DNA from: Spirochaetota bacterium
GTDB lineage: Bacteria > Spirochaetota > UBA4802 > UBA5550
Length of the DNA: 64,000 bases
Direction: 5' to 3'
Assembly (NCBI GenBank): GCA_029564515.1
Contig: JAKQPV010000048.1
Span: 15,610 to 79,609, forward strand
Part shown: one piece after another, positions 18,506 through 28,081 of the stretch
Numbering within the stretch: the first letter of the stretch is position 1
Layout: the number at the start of each line of letters is the position of its first letter
Position numbers and translations under genes: made by a program
Notes under the pieces: generated by a model
Database searches by the model: none
Seen by the model: only the letters and a program-made list of their open reading frames with translations
Told to the model about the DNA's origin: nothing

Positions 18506-18871
18506 ATGGACAGCAAGGAGCGTGTGGAGCTGATACGGCGCGGCAACGAGCTCTTCAATAACGGGGAGATCAACAAGGCCGCGGCCCTGTTCGTGAAAAC
18601 CGGTTACCGGGACGGGTTGACCAGGATCGCCGATCATCTGTTCTACGACAAGCGCCAGCCCCTGTACGCGCTGAAATACTACCGGATGGTGAACCGCCAG
18701 GACAAGGTGCAGGAAATTTTCGAGCGGATGGCTTTCGCGCTCGGGAAGCTCCTGGGAAAGGAGACCGCGCCGAAACAGAAGATCGAGCTGCCTCCGCTGA
18801 AAGTCTCGCCGAAGCTGAAGATCATCGCGGAGGAGATCCTGCGCAGGAACGAGGCCGGCGCGGAGAAATAG
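18506..18871 (+). CDS. hypothetical helical (TPR-like) protein
   Basis: 121 aa. RBS 'GAGGGA' 5 nt upstream. Coherent codon usage. No recognisable catalytic motif. Confidence 0.6.
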   Translation: MDSKERVELIRRGNELFNNGEINKAAALFVKTGYRDGLTRIADHLFYDKRQPLYALKYYRMVNRQDKVQEIFERMAFALGKLLGKETAPKQKIELPPLKVSPKLKIIAEEILRRNEAGAEK

Positions 18872-18928
18872 GGCGCCGGAAAGCCTGTGCGTATCCGTAT
18901 CATCGCATTGTCCTCATGGCAATGAAAT

Positions 18929-18958
18929 AAAAAGGGCGGCACGTGCCGCCCTTTTTTT
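18929..18958. terminator. bidirectional intrinsic terminator
   Basis: A-tract, GGGCGGCACGTGCCGCCC (perfect palindrome), then T7, between convergent genes. Confidence 0.8.
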
Positions 18959-18978
18959 ATGTATGCTCATAACCGCGA

Positions 18979-21174
18979 TCATTCATTGATCGGGCGGCCC
19001 GTGTCCCTGTCGAGGACCGCCAGGCCTACGAAGCCGTACCCGGCTATGGATGTGATAACGCCGCCCACCACCAGGTAATCGCCTGCCGACGCAAGGTCGA
19101 GCACTTCTCCGTCCGGCGAGGGATCGAAGATTGTGTCTGCGCTGCCGTCGCTCTTCAGGATTTTAGCCAGGTAGTTCCGGGCAGTGTCCCCCGTGCCGCC
19201 TCCACCCGCATGGGTAAAGTTTCCTCCTATATAAACTGCATCTCTCTTCACGACAAGGTCATTGACGCGGCTGTCCGCGCCGGGGTTCCATGATGTGGCT
19301 GCCTGCGGATTGATGGCCGTAGAACCGACATAAGAGCGGGCTTTTACATCCGTGAAATGGCCCAGGCCGGTAAACAGGCCGCCCATGTACAGTGTCTTGC
19401 CGTCCGGGATAATACTGTAGACGGTGTTATCCGCGGTTGTTTGCCAGTCTTGGCTTCCTCCTTTGACGGTGAACCGGGCGAGGTAGTCGCAATCTCCCCC
19501 GGTGAAATAGCCGCCGGCGTAGATTAATCCGCCGAGCACCGTAATGGCCTGGACGCCCCCGTTAAGGCCCGGGTCAATCCAGCCCGTTTCGAGTTCACCT
19601 GTATCAGCGTCAATTGCCGCGATGTAGTTCCGATCCTCCCCGTCCACGGTGGTGAAGTCCCCGCCGATGTAGAGCACGCCCCTGTTAATTGCCATTGCGT
19701 TCTTGGATATATAGGTGCCGTCAACCACCGGGTTCCAGTCCAACAGGATGTCGCCGGTATCAGCATCCAGGGCCGCGACCCGCGGCTGCGCGGTTCCGTT
19801 CACATTGGTGAAGCTCCCGCCAATGTACAGCGTGTCGCCCGTCGTGGCCATTGACAGGACTGGGTTGTTCGGGGTGCAGTTGAAGTCCGTGAGTAGGCCC
19901 GTGCTCGTGTTAAAGGCGGCGACCCGCGTCCGCTCGCGCATGTTCATGTACCCGAAATTGCCGCCGGCATAGATTTCGCTGCCGGAAACGGCAAGGCATT
20001 GTGTCGCGTTGTCCGGCGCCGGGTCCCATGCGAGGGCGTCCCCGGTCAGGGTGCTGACCGCGGCCAGTCCGTTGCGGGTCTGCCCGTCAATACTGGTGAA
20101 TCCGCCGCCGACATAAAGCGAGCCATCGCCATCGCTCAGCTCTATCGAAGTTACGATCGCCGTATCGGGCGCGGGATTCCAGGGGAAGAGAGTAGCGTCA
20201 CGCGAATCCAGGTACGCGAGGCCGTTGCGGGAACTTCCGCCTATCGAGGTGAAGAGGCCGGCCACGAAAAGGTGGCACGGGGCGGCATATTCCATGTCCA
20301 GCACCGCGTTTTGCGCGCCGCCTGTCGGGTACCAGCTTGTTGCGTCCCCGTACGTGGCGCTCTCGGGATCGGCGTCAAGGGCAGCGATGTTCTGCCGTAC
20401 CTGCCCGCCGATGTTGGTGATGATGCCGCCCACGTACACGGTAGTACCGGCTATCGCCATGGACGATATGGCCGAAATCTGGCCCGGGTCCCAGGAGGTA
20501 AGGGCGCCGGTCGACGCGTTGAAGGAGCAGATGCCGATCCGCGTGACCGGCGTCGCCGGGCCCACGCTCGTGAAGCTGCCGCCTACGAAGACGAAGCCGT
20601 TGGCCACCCTTACGACGTAGACCGTGTCGTCTGCGTCGCCCACGGACGGGTTCCAGCCGGTGAGCTCGCCGGAAGCGGCGGTGAACGAGGCCAGGTTGTT
20701 CCTGGGGGTGGACGCGATGGTCGTGAACTCGCCGCCCACGTAGAGCGTGGCCCCCGACTTCACGATAGTCCTCACCGTGTCGTCCGCGCCGGGGTTCCAC
20801 GGGTGGAGCGTGCCGTTTTTATTAATGCGGGCGATGCGGTTGCGCGGCGTGTCGTTAATCATGGTGAAATCGCCGCCGATGTACCAACCGCCCTTGCCGT
20901 CCGGCTCGGCCGCGTATACCGTGTCGTTAATAACCGGCACCTTTTTTAAGCCGGCAATAAGCCCGGTGGTGTTGTTCAGCACCGCGCCGTTTCCGGTGAC
21001 GGCGAACACATGCGTGAACTCCCCGCTGGCGTACATGGTCGAGCCGTTGAAGACCACCTTGCTCACCAGGCCGTCAACGCTCCAGTTGCCCCAGTACTTG
21101 ATGGAAGGTTCGCATCCGCCGGCCGTGATAAGAACGGCAAGGAGAATCAATGTGTTTCGATATAATTTCTTCAT
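18979..21174 (-). CDS. lipoprotein with about 14 delta-60/DUF5122-type beta-propeller repeats
   Basis: 731 aa from ATG 21174. Lipobox 'LITAGGC'. Fourteen repeats of about 50 aa of the type 'LYVGGxFTxIxGxxRNxLAAxDxxTGxLxxWNPxxD'. Confidence 0.8.
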   Translation of the reverse strand: MKKLYRNTLILLAVLITAGGCEPSIKYWGNWSVDGLVSKVVFNGSTMYASGEFTHVFAVTGNGAVLNNTTGLIAGLKKVPVINDTVYAAEPDGKGGWYIGGDFTMINDTPRNRIARINKNGTLHPWNPGADDTVRTIVKSGATLYVGGEFTTIASTPRNNLASFTAASGELTGWNPSVGDADDTVYVVRVANGFVFVGGSFTSVGPATPVTRIGICSFNASTGALTSWDPGQISAISSMAIAGTTVYVGGIITNIGGQVRQNIAALDADPESATYGDATSWYPTGGAQNAVLDMEYAAPCHLFVAGLFTSIGGSSRNGLAYLDSRDATLFPWNPAPDTAIVTSIELSDGDGSLYVGGGFTSIDGQTRNGLAAVSTLTGDALAWDPAPDNATQCLAVSGSEIYAGGNFGYMNMRERTRVAAFNTSTGLLTDFNCTPNNPVLSMATTGDTLYIGGSFTNVNGTAQPRVAALDADTGDILLDWNPVVDGTYISKNAMAINRGVLYIGGDFTTVDGEDRNYIAAIDADTGELETGWIDPGLNGGVQAITVLGGLIYAGGYFTGGDCDYLARFTVKGGSQDWQTTADNTVYSIIPDGKTLYMGGLFTGLGHFTDVKARSYVGSTAINPQAATSWNPGADSRVNDLVVKRDAVYIGGNFTHAGGGGTGDTARNYLAKILKSDGSADTIFDPSPDGEVLDLASAGDYLVVGGVITSIAGYGFVGLAVLDRDTGRPINE

Positions 21175-21339
21175 ACGCGCACCCCTTTTTTTGGAATATT
21201 GCAGTGTATCATGGCTATAATTCAGTGTCAATAAGGAAAAAATCCCTGCCGGGTGGGCCCAAAATTATACTTGCTAATTGGCTCCCGCCCTGCTGAATAG
21301 TGATACCTTTGATCGAGAAAAACAACCAGGGAGCAATCC

Positions 21340-22851
21340 ATGAAAAAAGCCATGATGGTGCCGGCGCTCGTATTCATCGCGCTTCTTGCTTCGCCCGGTG
21401 ACGCGGCCATCCGCGATGCCGGCGTATATTTAAAGAAGAACGTGGTGGCGAAAAAGCTGAAAAACGGGATCACCGTGATTTTATTGAACCGCGGCTTCGC
21501 CCCGGTGTGCGCTTTCGAGATCGCGTTCCGCGTCGGTTCCGTGGACGAGAATTACCGGACCGCCGGCGCCGCCCATTTGCTGGAACACATGCTCTTCAAG
21601 GGGACGGACACCATCGGAACGACCGATTACGCGAAGGAGCGCGTCATCCAGTCGCGGATCGAGGCGGTGGGCGAGACGATCGACCGGTTGAAGCTGGAAT
21701 CGCCGAAAAACGCCCGGCTCCCGGAGCTCGAGAAGGAGCTCGCCCGCCTGCAGGAGGCGCAGTCGAAGTTCCTCACCGCTGAACCGTACGACCGTATCTA
21801 TTCGGAGATCGGCGGCGTGGGGCTGAACGCCTCGACCTCCAGGGACAAGACCGGCTACTACATCGAGCTGCCGGCGTCACAGATGGAGACCTGGGCGAAG
21901 ATGGAGTCCGAGCGGCTGATGAACCTGGTGCTTCGCGAGTACTACCTGGAGCGAAGCAATGTTCTTCAGGAACGGCTCATGCACTATGACTCGCTCGGCA
22001 CCGGGCTCATCTACGAGCGCTTCATGGCCGAGGCCTTCATCGCCCACCCGTATCGCCATCCCATCATCGGGTGGCGCTCCACCATACCGTTCCTCTCCAT
22101 CGAGGACGTCAGGGCCTTTTACCGCGAGCGCTACATCCCGTCGCGGATGACGATCACGATCGTCGGCATGCAGGACACGGCGAAGACGCTCGCCCTGGTC
22201 GAGAAATATTTCGGCCGGATAGAGCAGCGGCCGGAGCCGCCGCCCGTTACCGCCATGGAGCCGCCCCAGATGGGGGAGCGGCGGTTCATCCTGGATTTTG
22301 AATCGAACCCGTACCTCGTCATCGGCTGGCACAAGCCGGCGTTCCCCGCGTACGACGACCTCGTGTGCGAGGTCATCAGCGAGCTTCTCACCGGCGGCAT
22401 GTCCGCGCGGCTGAACCGCGCCCTTGTCGTCGAGAAGAAGATCGCGTCGTCGATCAGCGCATGGAACGGCGCGCCCGGGGCGCGCTACGACAACGTCTTC
22501 GCGCTCTTTGCGACGCCCCGGCCGCCCCATACCGCGGAAGAGCTGGAGCGCGCCATATACGCCGAGATGGACCGGCTCTTCGCGGACGTGAGCGAGGCCG
22601 AGCTCGTAAAGGTGATCAATTCGATCGAGTCGGAAACAGTCTTCGACCTGGAGACGAACAAGGGGCTGGCGCGAACGCTGAGCTATTACCAGACGCTCTA
22701 CGGCGACTGGACCTACGCAGCGCAGTACCCGGAAATGACGAGGAGGATAACCGTGCAGGACATTAAAAAGGCGGGTGCGCGCTATTTTATCCCGGGCAAC
22801 AGGACCGTGGGCGTTTTGCGCGACAGCCGCGCGGCGGGAGGCGCTCGATGA
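21340..22851 (+). CDS. M16 family (pitrilysin/insulinase-like) zinc peptidase, active subunit
   Basis: 503 aa. Signal peptide and the inverted zinc motif HxxEH in 'AAHLLEHMLFKGT'. Confidence 0.88.
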   Translation: MKKAMMVPALVFIALLASPGDAAIRDAGVYLKKNVVAKKLKNGITVILLNRGFAPVCAFEIAFRVGSVDENYRTAGAAHLLEHMLFKGTDTIGTTDYAKERVIQSRIEAVGETIDRLKLESPKNARLPELEKELARLQEAQSKFLTAEPYDRIYSEIGGVGLNASTSRDKTGYYIELPASQMETWAKMESERLMNLVLREYYLERSNVLQERLMHYDSLGTGLIYERFMAEAFIAHPYRHPIIGWRSTIPFLSIEDVRAFYRERYIPSRMTITIVGMQDTAKTLALVEKYFGRIEQRPEPPPVTAMEPPQMGERRFILDFESNPYLVIGWHKPAFPAYDDLVCEVISELLTGGMSARLNRALVVEKKIASSISAWNGAPGARYDNVFALFATPRPPHTAEELERAIYAEMDRLFADVSEAELVKVINSIESETVFDLETNKGLARTLSYYQTLYGDWTYAAQYPEMTRRITVQDIKKAGARYFIPGNRTVGVLRDSRAAGGAR

Positions 22852-24218
22852 AACGATACGCGCTGCTGGTTCTCATGTTAATCGCCGCTTCCGCGCTGCA
22901 GGGTTCCGCCGGCGCGGACCTGAAGCTCCCGCCGGTGCGGACCGCGGCGCTGACCAACGGGATCAAGCTCTTCTACGTGCAGGACGAGCTTCCCCAGGTA
23001 ACGGTCGTGTTATCCGCCGGCTACGGGAGGATGTACGAAGACAGGGAGAGCGCGGGCATGGCCGAGCTCATGGCGCAGGCCGTGTCCCTGGGCGGCTCGA
23101 AGCGCTTCCCCGGGACCGTGCTCCACGAAAAGGTCGACGCCATGGGCGGCCGCTTCTCCATTGAGGCGGGCTGGGAGCACGTCCTTATCTCCATAAAGGT
23201 GCTGGACCGCTTCCGGGACGAGGCGCTCGACATCGTTGCGGACCTTGCCGCGAACCCGAACATGGAGGAACAGTACCTGGACAACGCGAAGGCGCTGGTT
23301 GCGGACTCCATTCGGAGAAAATACGACGACCCGGCGGAGATCGCCTTTGAGCGGGCCCGCGCCATCATTTTCGGCGGCGAGGGCTACGGCTCAACCCCGA
23401 CCGAGGCGGGCGTGCGCTCATATTCCCTTGAGCGGGTGCGGGAGACGTGGCGGAAGCATTTCGCGGGCCGCAACATCATGATCGGCATGTACGCGCCGCT
23501 CGGGTTCCCGGAGGCCGAGCGGCTTTGCCGCGAGCGCTTTGCCCCGCTGCCGGCGGGCGCCGCCGCGATGTACCCGGCCGACCGGAAGAAGGCCCTGGAC
23601 GCGGTGGCCTCATCCCGGAATAAAATCTTCTTTTACCCCAAGGACATACCGCAGTCCACGGTGGTCGTGGGCACGATCGCGCCAGATATCAAGTATGCCG
23701 GGGCCTATTCGCTCGAGGTCATGAACTATATACTGGGCGGCGGCTCGTTCAGCTCGCGCCTGATGCAGGAGATACGGGTGAAGCGCGGGCTGGCGTACGC
23801 GGTCCAGTCGATCATGCGGTTCCGCTACCGCTCCGGGGTGTTCCTCGCGTTCGCCCAGACAGAGAATAAAAGCGCGGGCGAGGTGCTTTCTCTCCTGACC
23901 GGCAATATCGGCCGGATGACCGCCGAGCCCGTTCCCGCCGCTGAGATCGTGTGGGCGCAGAGGGCCATCAATAACAGCTTCGTGTTCCAGTTCGACACGC
24001 CGCTGAATATCCTGTCGAATTACATGGAGATCGCGTACAACGAACTCCCGGCCGATTATTATATCTCGTACCTCGACCGCATTAACGCCGTGGACGCCGG
24101 AGAGATCATGCGTGAAAGCCGCGACCTGTTCTCGCCCGGGCTGATTACGGTCGTCGTCGGGAACGAATCGGTCGTGCCGGAGCTCAGGAAGCGGGGCGAG
24201 GTCGTGGTGTTGAAATGA
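22848..24218 (+). CDS. M16 family peptidase, non-catalytic partner subunit
   Basis: 456 aa. Signal peptide and M16 fold pattern, but the HxxEH position reads 'AELMAQAV'. 4-nt overlap with the preceding gene. Confidence 0.8.
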   Translation: MKRYALLVLMLIAASALQGSAGADLKLPPVRTAALTNGIKLFYVQDELPQVTVVLSAGYGRMYEDRESAGMAELMAQAVSLGGSKRFPGTVLHEKVDAMGGRFSIEAGWEHVLISIKVLDRFRDEALDIVADLAANPNMEEQYLDNAKALVADSIRRKYDDPAEIAFERARAIIFGGEGYGSTPTEAGVRSYSLERVRETWRKHFAGRNIMIGMYAPLGFPEAERLCRERFAPLPAGAAAMYPADRKKALDAVASSRNKIFFYPKDIPQSTVVVGTIAPDIKYAGAYSLEVMNYILGGGSFSSRLMQEIRVKRGLAYAVQSIMRFRYRSGVFLAFAQTENKSAGEVLSLLTGNIGRMTAEPVPAAEIVWAQRAINNSFVFQFDTPLNILSNYMEIAYNELPADYYISYLDRINAVDAGEIMRESRDLFSPGLITVVVGNESVVPELRKRGEVVVLK

Positions 24219-24289
24219 TGCCATAAGAGGAGAACCCCCGCAGGAGCGCAGGCGTTTGCGTACCTGTCGGGTTACGCCGGATTTTTTCC

Positions 24290-27244
24290 ATGAATGAATT
24301 ATCATCGTATTCCACGCTTGTTGAAGCGATCTCCTCCCGGAGCGAGCGCGACCCGGGGGGCAGGGCAATTGTATTCCTGTCGGAAGACGGCAGCGCCCAT
24401 TCCATAACAAACCTTCAGTTGAATGAGGATATGAAGCGCTGCGCCCTCCGTTTGAAAGGCGAGGGGATCGGTCCCGGCGACATCGTCCTCCTCGCCCTTG
24501 ATCATGACTACGGGCTGATACGGCATTTCTGGGGCGCACTCTGCTGCGGCGCCGTTCCGTCAGTCATGACCTACTGGCGCCCCGGCTCCGACCCGGATGC
24601 GTATGCCAGGAAGGTCGGGCGACTGGCCGCGGCGGTGGATGCGCGTGCGGTGGTTGCATTGCCTGACCTGTGCCCGGCCTTCACTGCCGCCCTGGCGAAC
24701 ACCGGCTGCCAGGTGATTGAGGGCCGGGAGCCGGACGCGGACCGGGCTGTCATGCCCGGGCCGCTTCCCGTGGTCGGGCCCGGGCAGATCGCGCTGATGC
24801 AGTTCACCAGCGGTACTACCAGCGCGCCGAAAGCTGTCCGGTTCTCCCACCGTGTAATTCTTGATCATATCGCAGCCAGCGCGGAGGCTTACCGGATGAC
24901 GCGGGACTGGGTCTACGTTTCCTGGCTCCCCCTTTACCACGACATGGGCATGGTCGGGCATATCCGCTCGTTGCTCTATGGGGACCTGCTGGTGTCAATG
25001 TCGCCGCAAACCTGGCTGCACAGGCCGGAGATGCTGTTGCAGGCGGTGCACAGGTATGGCGGCACGCTGACCAACATGCCGAACTTCAGCTTTGATTATT
25101 GCACGCGGCGCATCCGCGACGAGGACCTGGCAGGGGTCGATTTGAGCAGCTGGCGGGTTATAACCAACGGCGCGGAGCCTGTCCTGCCGGAAAGCATGCG
25201 GAGGTTCAGCGAGAGGTTCATGGCGTATGGTCTGCGGGAGAATATTTTCGCTATAGGATACGGGATGGCTGAAAACGTGTGCGGGATATCCATGACCCGC
25301 CCGGGAGAGGCACTGGTCGTGGACTGGGTGTCGGCGGAGGGACTGCACCTGCAGGGACGCGCAGTCCCGGTTGAGCCGGGCTCGCCCGGGGCCCGGGTGG
25401 TTGCCGGCTGCGGCTATCCTTTCACCGGAATTGACCTGGCGGTCATGGACGACCGGGGCGAGCGCCTGTCCGAGAGGGAGGTGGGGGAGATTGTTATCCG
25501 GTCCAACACCCTGTTCACGGATTACTACCGCGCCCAGGATGCAGCGGGAGGCTCTTTCATGAACGGTTGGTACCGCACCGGCGATGTGGGTTATATCGCC
25601 GGCGGACAGCTGTACGTGTGCGACCGCAAGAAGGACCTGATCATTTCAGGCGGGAGAAACGTCCACCCCCAGTCGATCGAAAGCATCGCGGGAGCGGTAT
25701 TCGGGGAGTCTGCGGCGCGGTGCGCCGCGTTCGGGATAAGCGACCCGGTCATCGGGACGGAGATCCCGGTCCTGGTAATCGAGCGGCGGCGGGACACGGA
25801 TGCCGCCACGGAGGAGCGGATGATACGCCGTCTGCGGCAGGCCGTTTCCGACGAGCTGGAGCTTGTACTGGCTGATGTGCGGATGGTGCCGCGGGGCTGG
25901 CTGGTAAAGACCACAAGCGGGAAGCTCGCCCGCGCGGCCAGCAGGAAGAAATATATCGATGAAGGTTATAACCGCAGGCCGGGAGAGCCGGCATTTGTAC
26001 CGGAGGAGTTGAGCCCGGACCGATTGCATCAGGAAGTGATCCGCCTGTTTGAAACGGTCATCGGTACCGGCAGGGTCGGGCCTGATGATGACTTCATCAG
26101 ACTGGGCGGCGATTCCCTTTCCGCCCTCCGCCTGTTCCTCGAGATCGAGCGGCTCTTCGGGCGGAAAATCTCGAACACGGAATTTTTTCAAAGGCCGACG
26201 GTCCGGCACCTGGTTGAAATACTGTCCCGCGGACAGGATGGCGATGCGGCAGGGGAACCGGAGGAGGACGATATGCGCGGCGGCGCCGGGATGGGACCGG
26301 GCGCCTGTCGCGTGCCGACGACGCCGGTGCCGGTTCGTGACGATGCCATTAGGGAAACAAGCCTGTCGGACCTGAAATCGCCCGGCTTCACCTATGAATT
26401 CAGGCTCGCTTTTTTAACCTGGCTGTACGGGAAACGATGGGCGCAGAAAATGTTCAAACAGGACGTTGCCCGCCTGACGCGTGATTTTTACGCCCTGCTT
26501 GAGAACCCGTCGCAAAGTGAAAGCGAAGCCGTCCAGTGCGCAATGATTATCAGGAGCCCCGGGAGCATCCAGAGGCAGCTGCTGAACCATCTCCTCATGA
26601 ATAAACCGTCATGCTGGCGCCTGAAGGTTGACATGGCCCGGCTGGAAAGCGCCTACCGGAAGGGGAAGGGCGTGATCATTGCGGGCAGGCACGCGGGTAT
26701 TGCGTTTCTGGTGCGTGAGCTTGCGCTCGAGCGCGTGAAACCCGGCGCGTATTATTTCATTAAGATGGCGGCGGGATTCCTGCATCGGGAAGCGGGGTCG
26801 TTGCCGCCGCGCGAGCTCGGGCGTTTGAGGCTGTCCATTTTCCTGGACCAGTTGCTGACCGGCAAGCGCGTCCTTTCCGGCGGGGGCGTCGTTTTTATCC
26901 TGCCGGACGCCCGCGACGGGTTAAGCCGCGGTATTACATTTCCCTTTCACGGACGGCAGCGCAATTTCAAAACCGGGTTCGCGGAGCTGGCGCTCGAAAC
27001 GGGAGCGCCCGTCGTGCCCGTGTCCGCGGCGATAGATGTTCGCGAGAGGGAGGTGACGCTCGCTTTCCTGGACCCGCTTGACGCCGGACCGGAGGACAGG
27101 CCTCGTGCGGAGCGGATCGGGAAGCTCGTCGGACAGTACGCGGAATATCTCAGGAAGGAGTGGAACCGGTATCCCGGGACCGTGTTCATAAAGCATATGA
27201 AAGCGCATCTTAACACGGCCCCGCGGATTGATAGGGGGAAGTAG
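24290..27244 (+). CDS. tri-domain fusion: fatty acyl-AMP ligase (FAAL) - acyl carrier (PP-binding) - LpxL/HtrB-like (LPLAT) acyltransferase
   Basis: 984 aa. Adenylation motifs 'FTSGTTSAPKAV', 'YRTGDVGY' and the FAAL-like 'DRKKDLIISGGRNVHPQSIE'. Carrier motif 'LGGDSLSALRL'. The C-terminal roughly 330 aa show a lauroyl-acyltransferase-like pattern ('KGKGVIIAGRHAG...', 'ILPDARDG...FPFHGRQRNFKTGFAELALETGAPVVPV'). Confidence 0.8.
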   Translation: MNELSSYSTLVEAISSRSERDPGGRAIVFLSEDGSAHSITNLQLNEDMKRCALRLKGEGIGPGDIVLLALDHDYGLIRHFWGALCCGAVPSVMTYWRPGSDPDAYARKVGRLAAAVDARAVVALPDLCPAFTAALANTGCQVIEGREPDADRAVMPGPLPVVGPGQIALMQFTSGTTSAPKAVRFSHRVILDHIAASAEAYRMTRDWVYVSWLPLYHDMGMVGHIRSLLYGDLLVSMSPQTWLHRPEMLLQAVHRYGGTLTNMPNFSFDYCTRRIRDEDLAGVDLSSWRVITNGAEPVLPESMRRFSERFMAYGLRENIFAIGYGMAENVCGISMTRPGEALVVDWVSAEGLHLQGRAVPVEPGSPGARVVAGCGYPFTGIDLAVMDDRGERLSEREVGEIVIRSNTLFTDYYRAQDAAGGSFMNGWYRTGDVGYIAGGQLYVCDRKKDLIISGGRNVHPQSIESIAGAVFGESAARCAAFGISDPVIGTEIPVLVIERRRDTDAATEERMIRRLRQAVSDELELVLADVRMVPRGWLVKTTSGKLARAASRKKYIDEGYNRRPGEPAFVPEELSPDRLHQEVIRLFETVIGTGRVGPDDDFIRLGGDSLSALRLFLEIERLFGRKISNTEFFQRPTVRHLVEILSRGQDGDAAGEPEEDDMRGGAGMGPGACRVPTTPVPVRDDAIRETSLSDLKSPGFTYEFRLAFLTWLYGKRWAQKMFKQDVARLTRDFYALLENPSQSESEAVQCAMIIRSPGSIQRQLLNHLLMNKPSCWRLKVDMARLESAYRKGKGVIIAGRHAGIAFLVRELALERVKPGAYYFIKMAAGFLHREAGSLPPRELGRLRLSIFLDQLLTGKRVLSGGGVVFILPDARDGLSRGITFPFHGRQRNFKTGFAELALETGAPVVPVSAAIDVREREVTLAFLDPLDAGPEDRPRAERIGKLVGQYAEYLRKEWNRYPGTVFIKHMKAHLNTAPRIDRGK

Positions 27245-27246
27245 CC

Positions 27247-27690
27247 ATGGAACATGGAACGGTAATAGAAAAAACGGGCGGCACCATTTTGGTCGAGGTT
27301 GAGGCCTGTCCTTCGTGCGAGGGGTGTGCGGCCGGATCCTCATGCGCCCTCGCGGGCAGCACGACCATGCGCAGGATCAGGATGGAGAACACGCATGACG
27401 CGCGCGTCGGCGACACGGTCAGCTTCGTTATTACGGGGAAATCCGTTGTCGCCGGCTCCCTGCTTTTTTACCTGCTGCCCGTGGCCATGCTTGTCGCCGG
27501 CGTGCTTGCCGGGGACGCGGTCCGGTCCGGGACCGGGCTCGACCGTGACGTCTCTTCGATCCTGGGAGGGGCCGCAGGTTTGATTATGTCGTTTCCGGTC
27601 ATCGCCCTTATCTCGAGAGCCATAAACAGGAGGAAGGGGTTTTCGCCGCGCCTCGTGGAAGTTACGGGCCGCGGGCGCGAATTAATTTAA
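27247..27690 (+). CDS. RseC/MucC (SoxR-reducing system) family membrane protein
   Basis: 147 aa. N-terminal 'GTVIEKTGGTILVEVEACPSCEGCAAGSSC' Cys cluster followed by two TM helices. The start lies 2 nt after the FAAL-fusion stop. Confidence 0.7.
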   Translation: MEHGTVIEKTGGTILVEVEACPSCEGCAAGSSCALAGSTTMRRIRMENTHDARVGDTVSFVITGKSVVAGSLLFYLLPVAMLVAGVLAGDAVRSGTGLDRDVSSILGGAAGLIMSFPVIALISRAINRRKGFSPRLVEVTGRGRELI

Positions 27691-27895
27691 TCCGGCAGGA
27701 GGATGTTCCGACATTAATCATGTGCTCCGCCGGCGGCGCCGGAGGCGCTGCAGCGGCAAACGCGTCAAACACGCATCAATACCGGCAGAAATGGGATAAT
27801 TTGCATGACGGGCCATTTTTTCACTGATGGCGGGGCGGCCCGGAAACAATGTCCCGGACGTTTCCGGTATTAAAAATAGTTCACGGAGGAACGAC

Positions 27896-28024
27896 ATGTC
27901 AAAAAAAGTAATTGATTTAATGACTTACCGGATTGAAAAGACCCTTAAAGACAATGGCTTCGAAGTCAAGAAAGACGACAACAGAAACGTCAAGATTCTG
28001 ATCAAATTAAACAACAATGAATAA
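27896..28024 (+). CDS. small (42-aa) hypothetical protein
   Basis: ATG 27896 is preceded by 'GGAGGAACGAC'. AT-rich relative to its neighbours. Lys/Asn-rich with no recognisable motif. The track ORF starts at 27827. Confidence 0.4.
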   Translation: MSKKVIDLMTYRIEKTLKDNGFEVKKDDNRNVKILIKLNNNE

Positions 28025-28081
28025 GCTTCCACGCGCGCTCCCCGGTCCGGCGGAGAAGCGTGGACCGAGAGGAGACGTGCA

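Noticed and set aside
18317-18637. Upstream extension of lgt (track ORF 17561..18637)
   Set aside because: The conserved Lgt N-terminus begins at ATG 18316. The extension runs through the AT-rich divergent promoter region and overlaps the start of gene 18506..18871 on the other strand.
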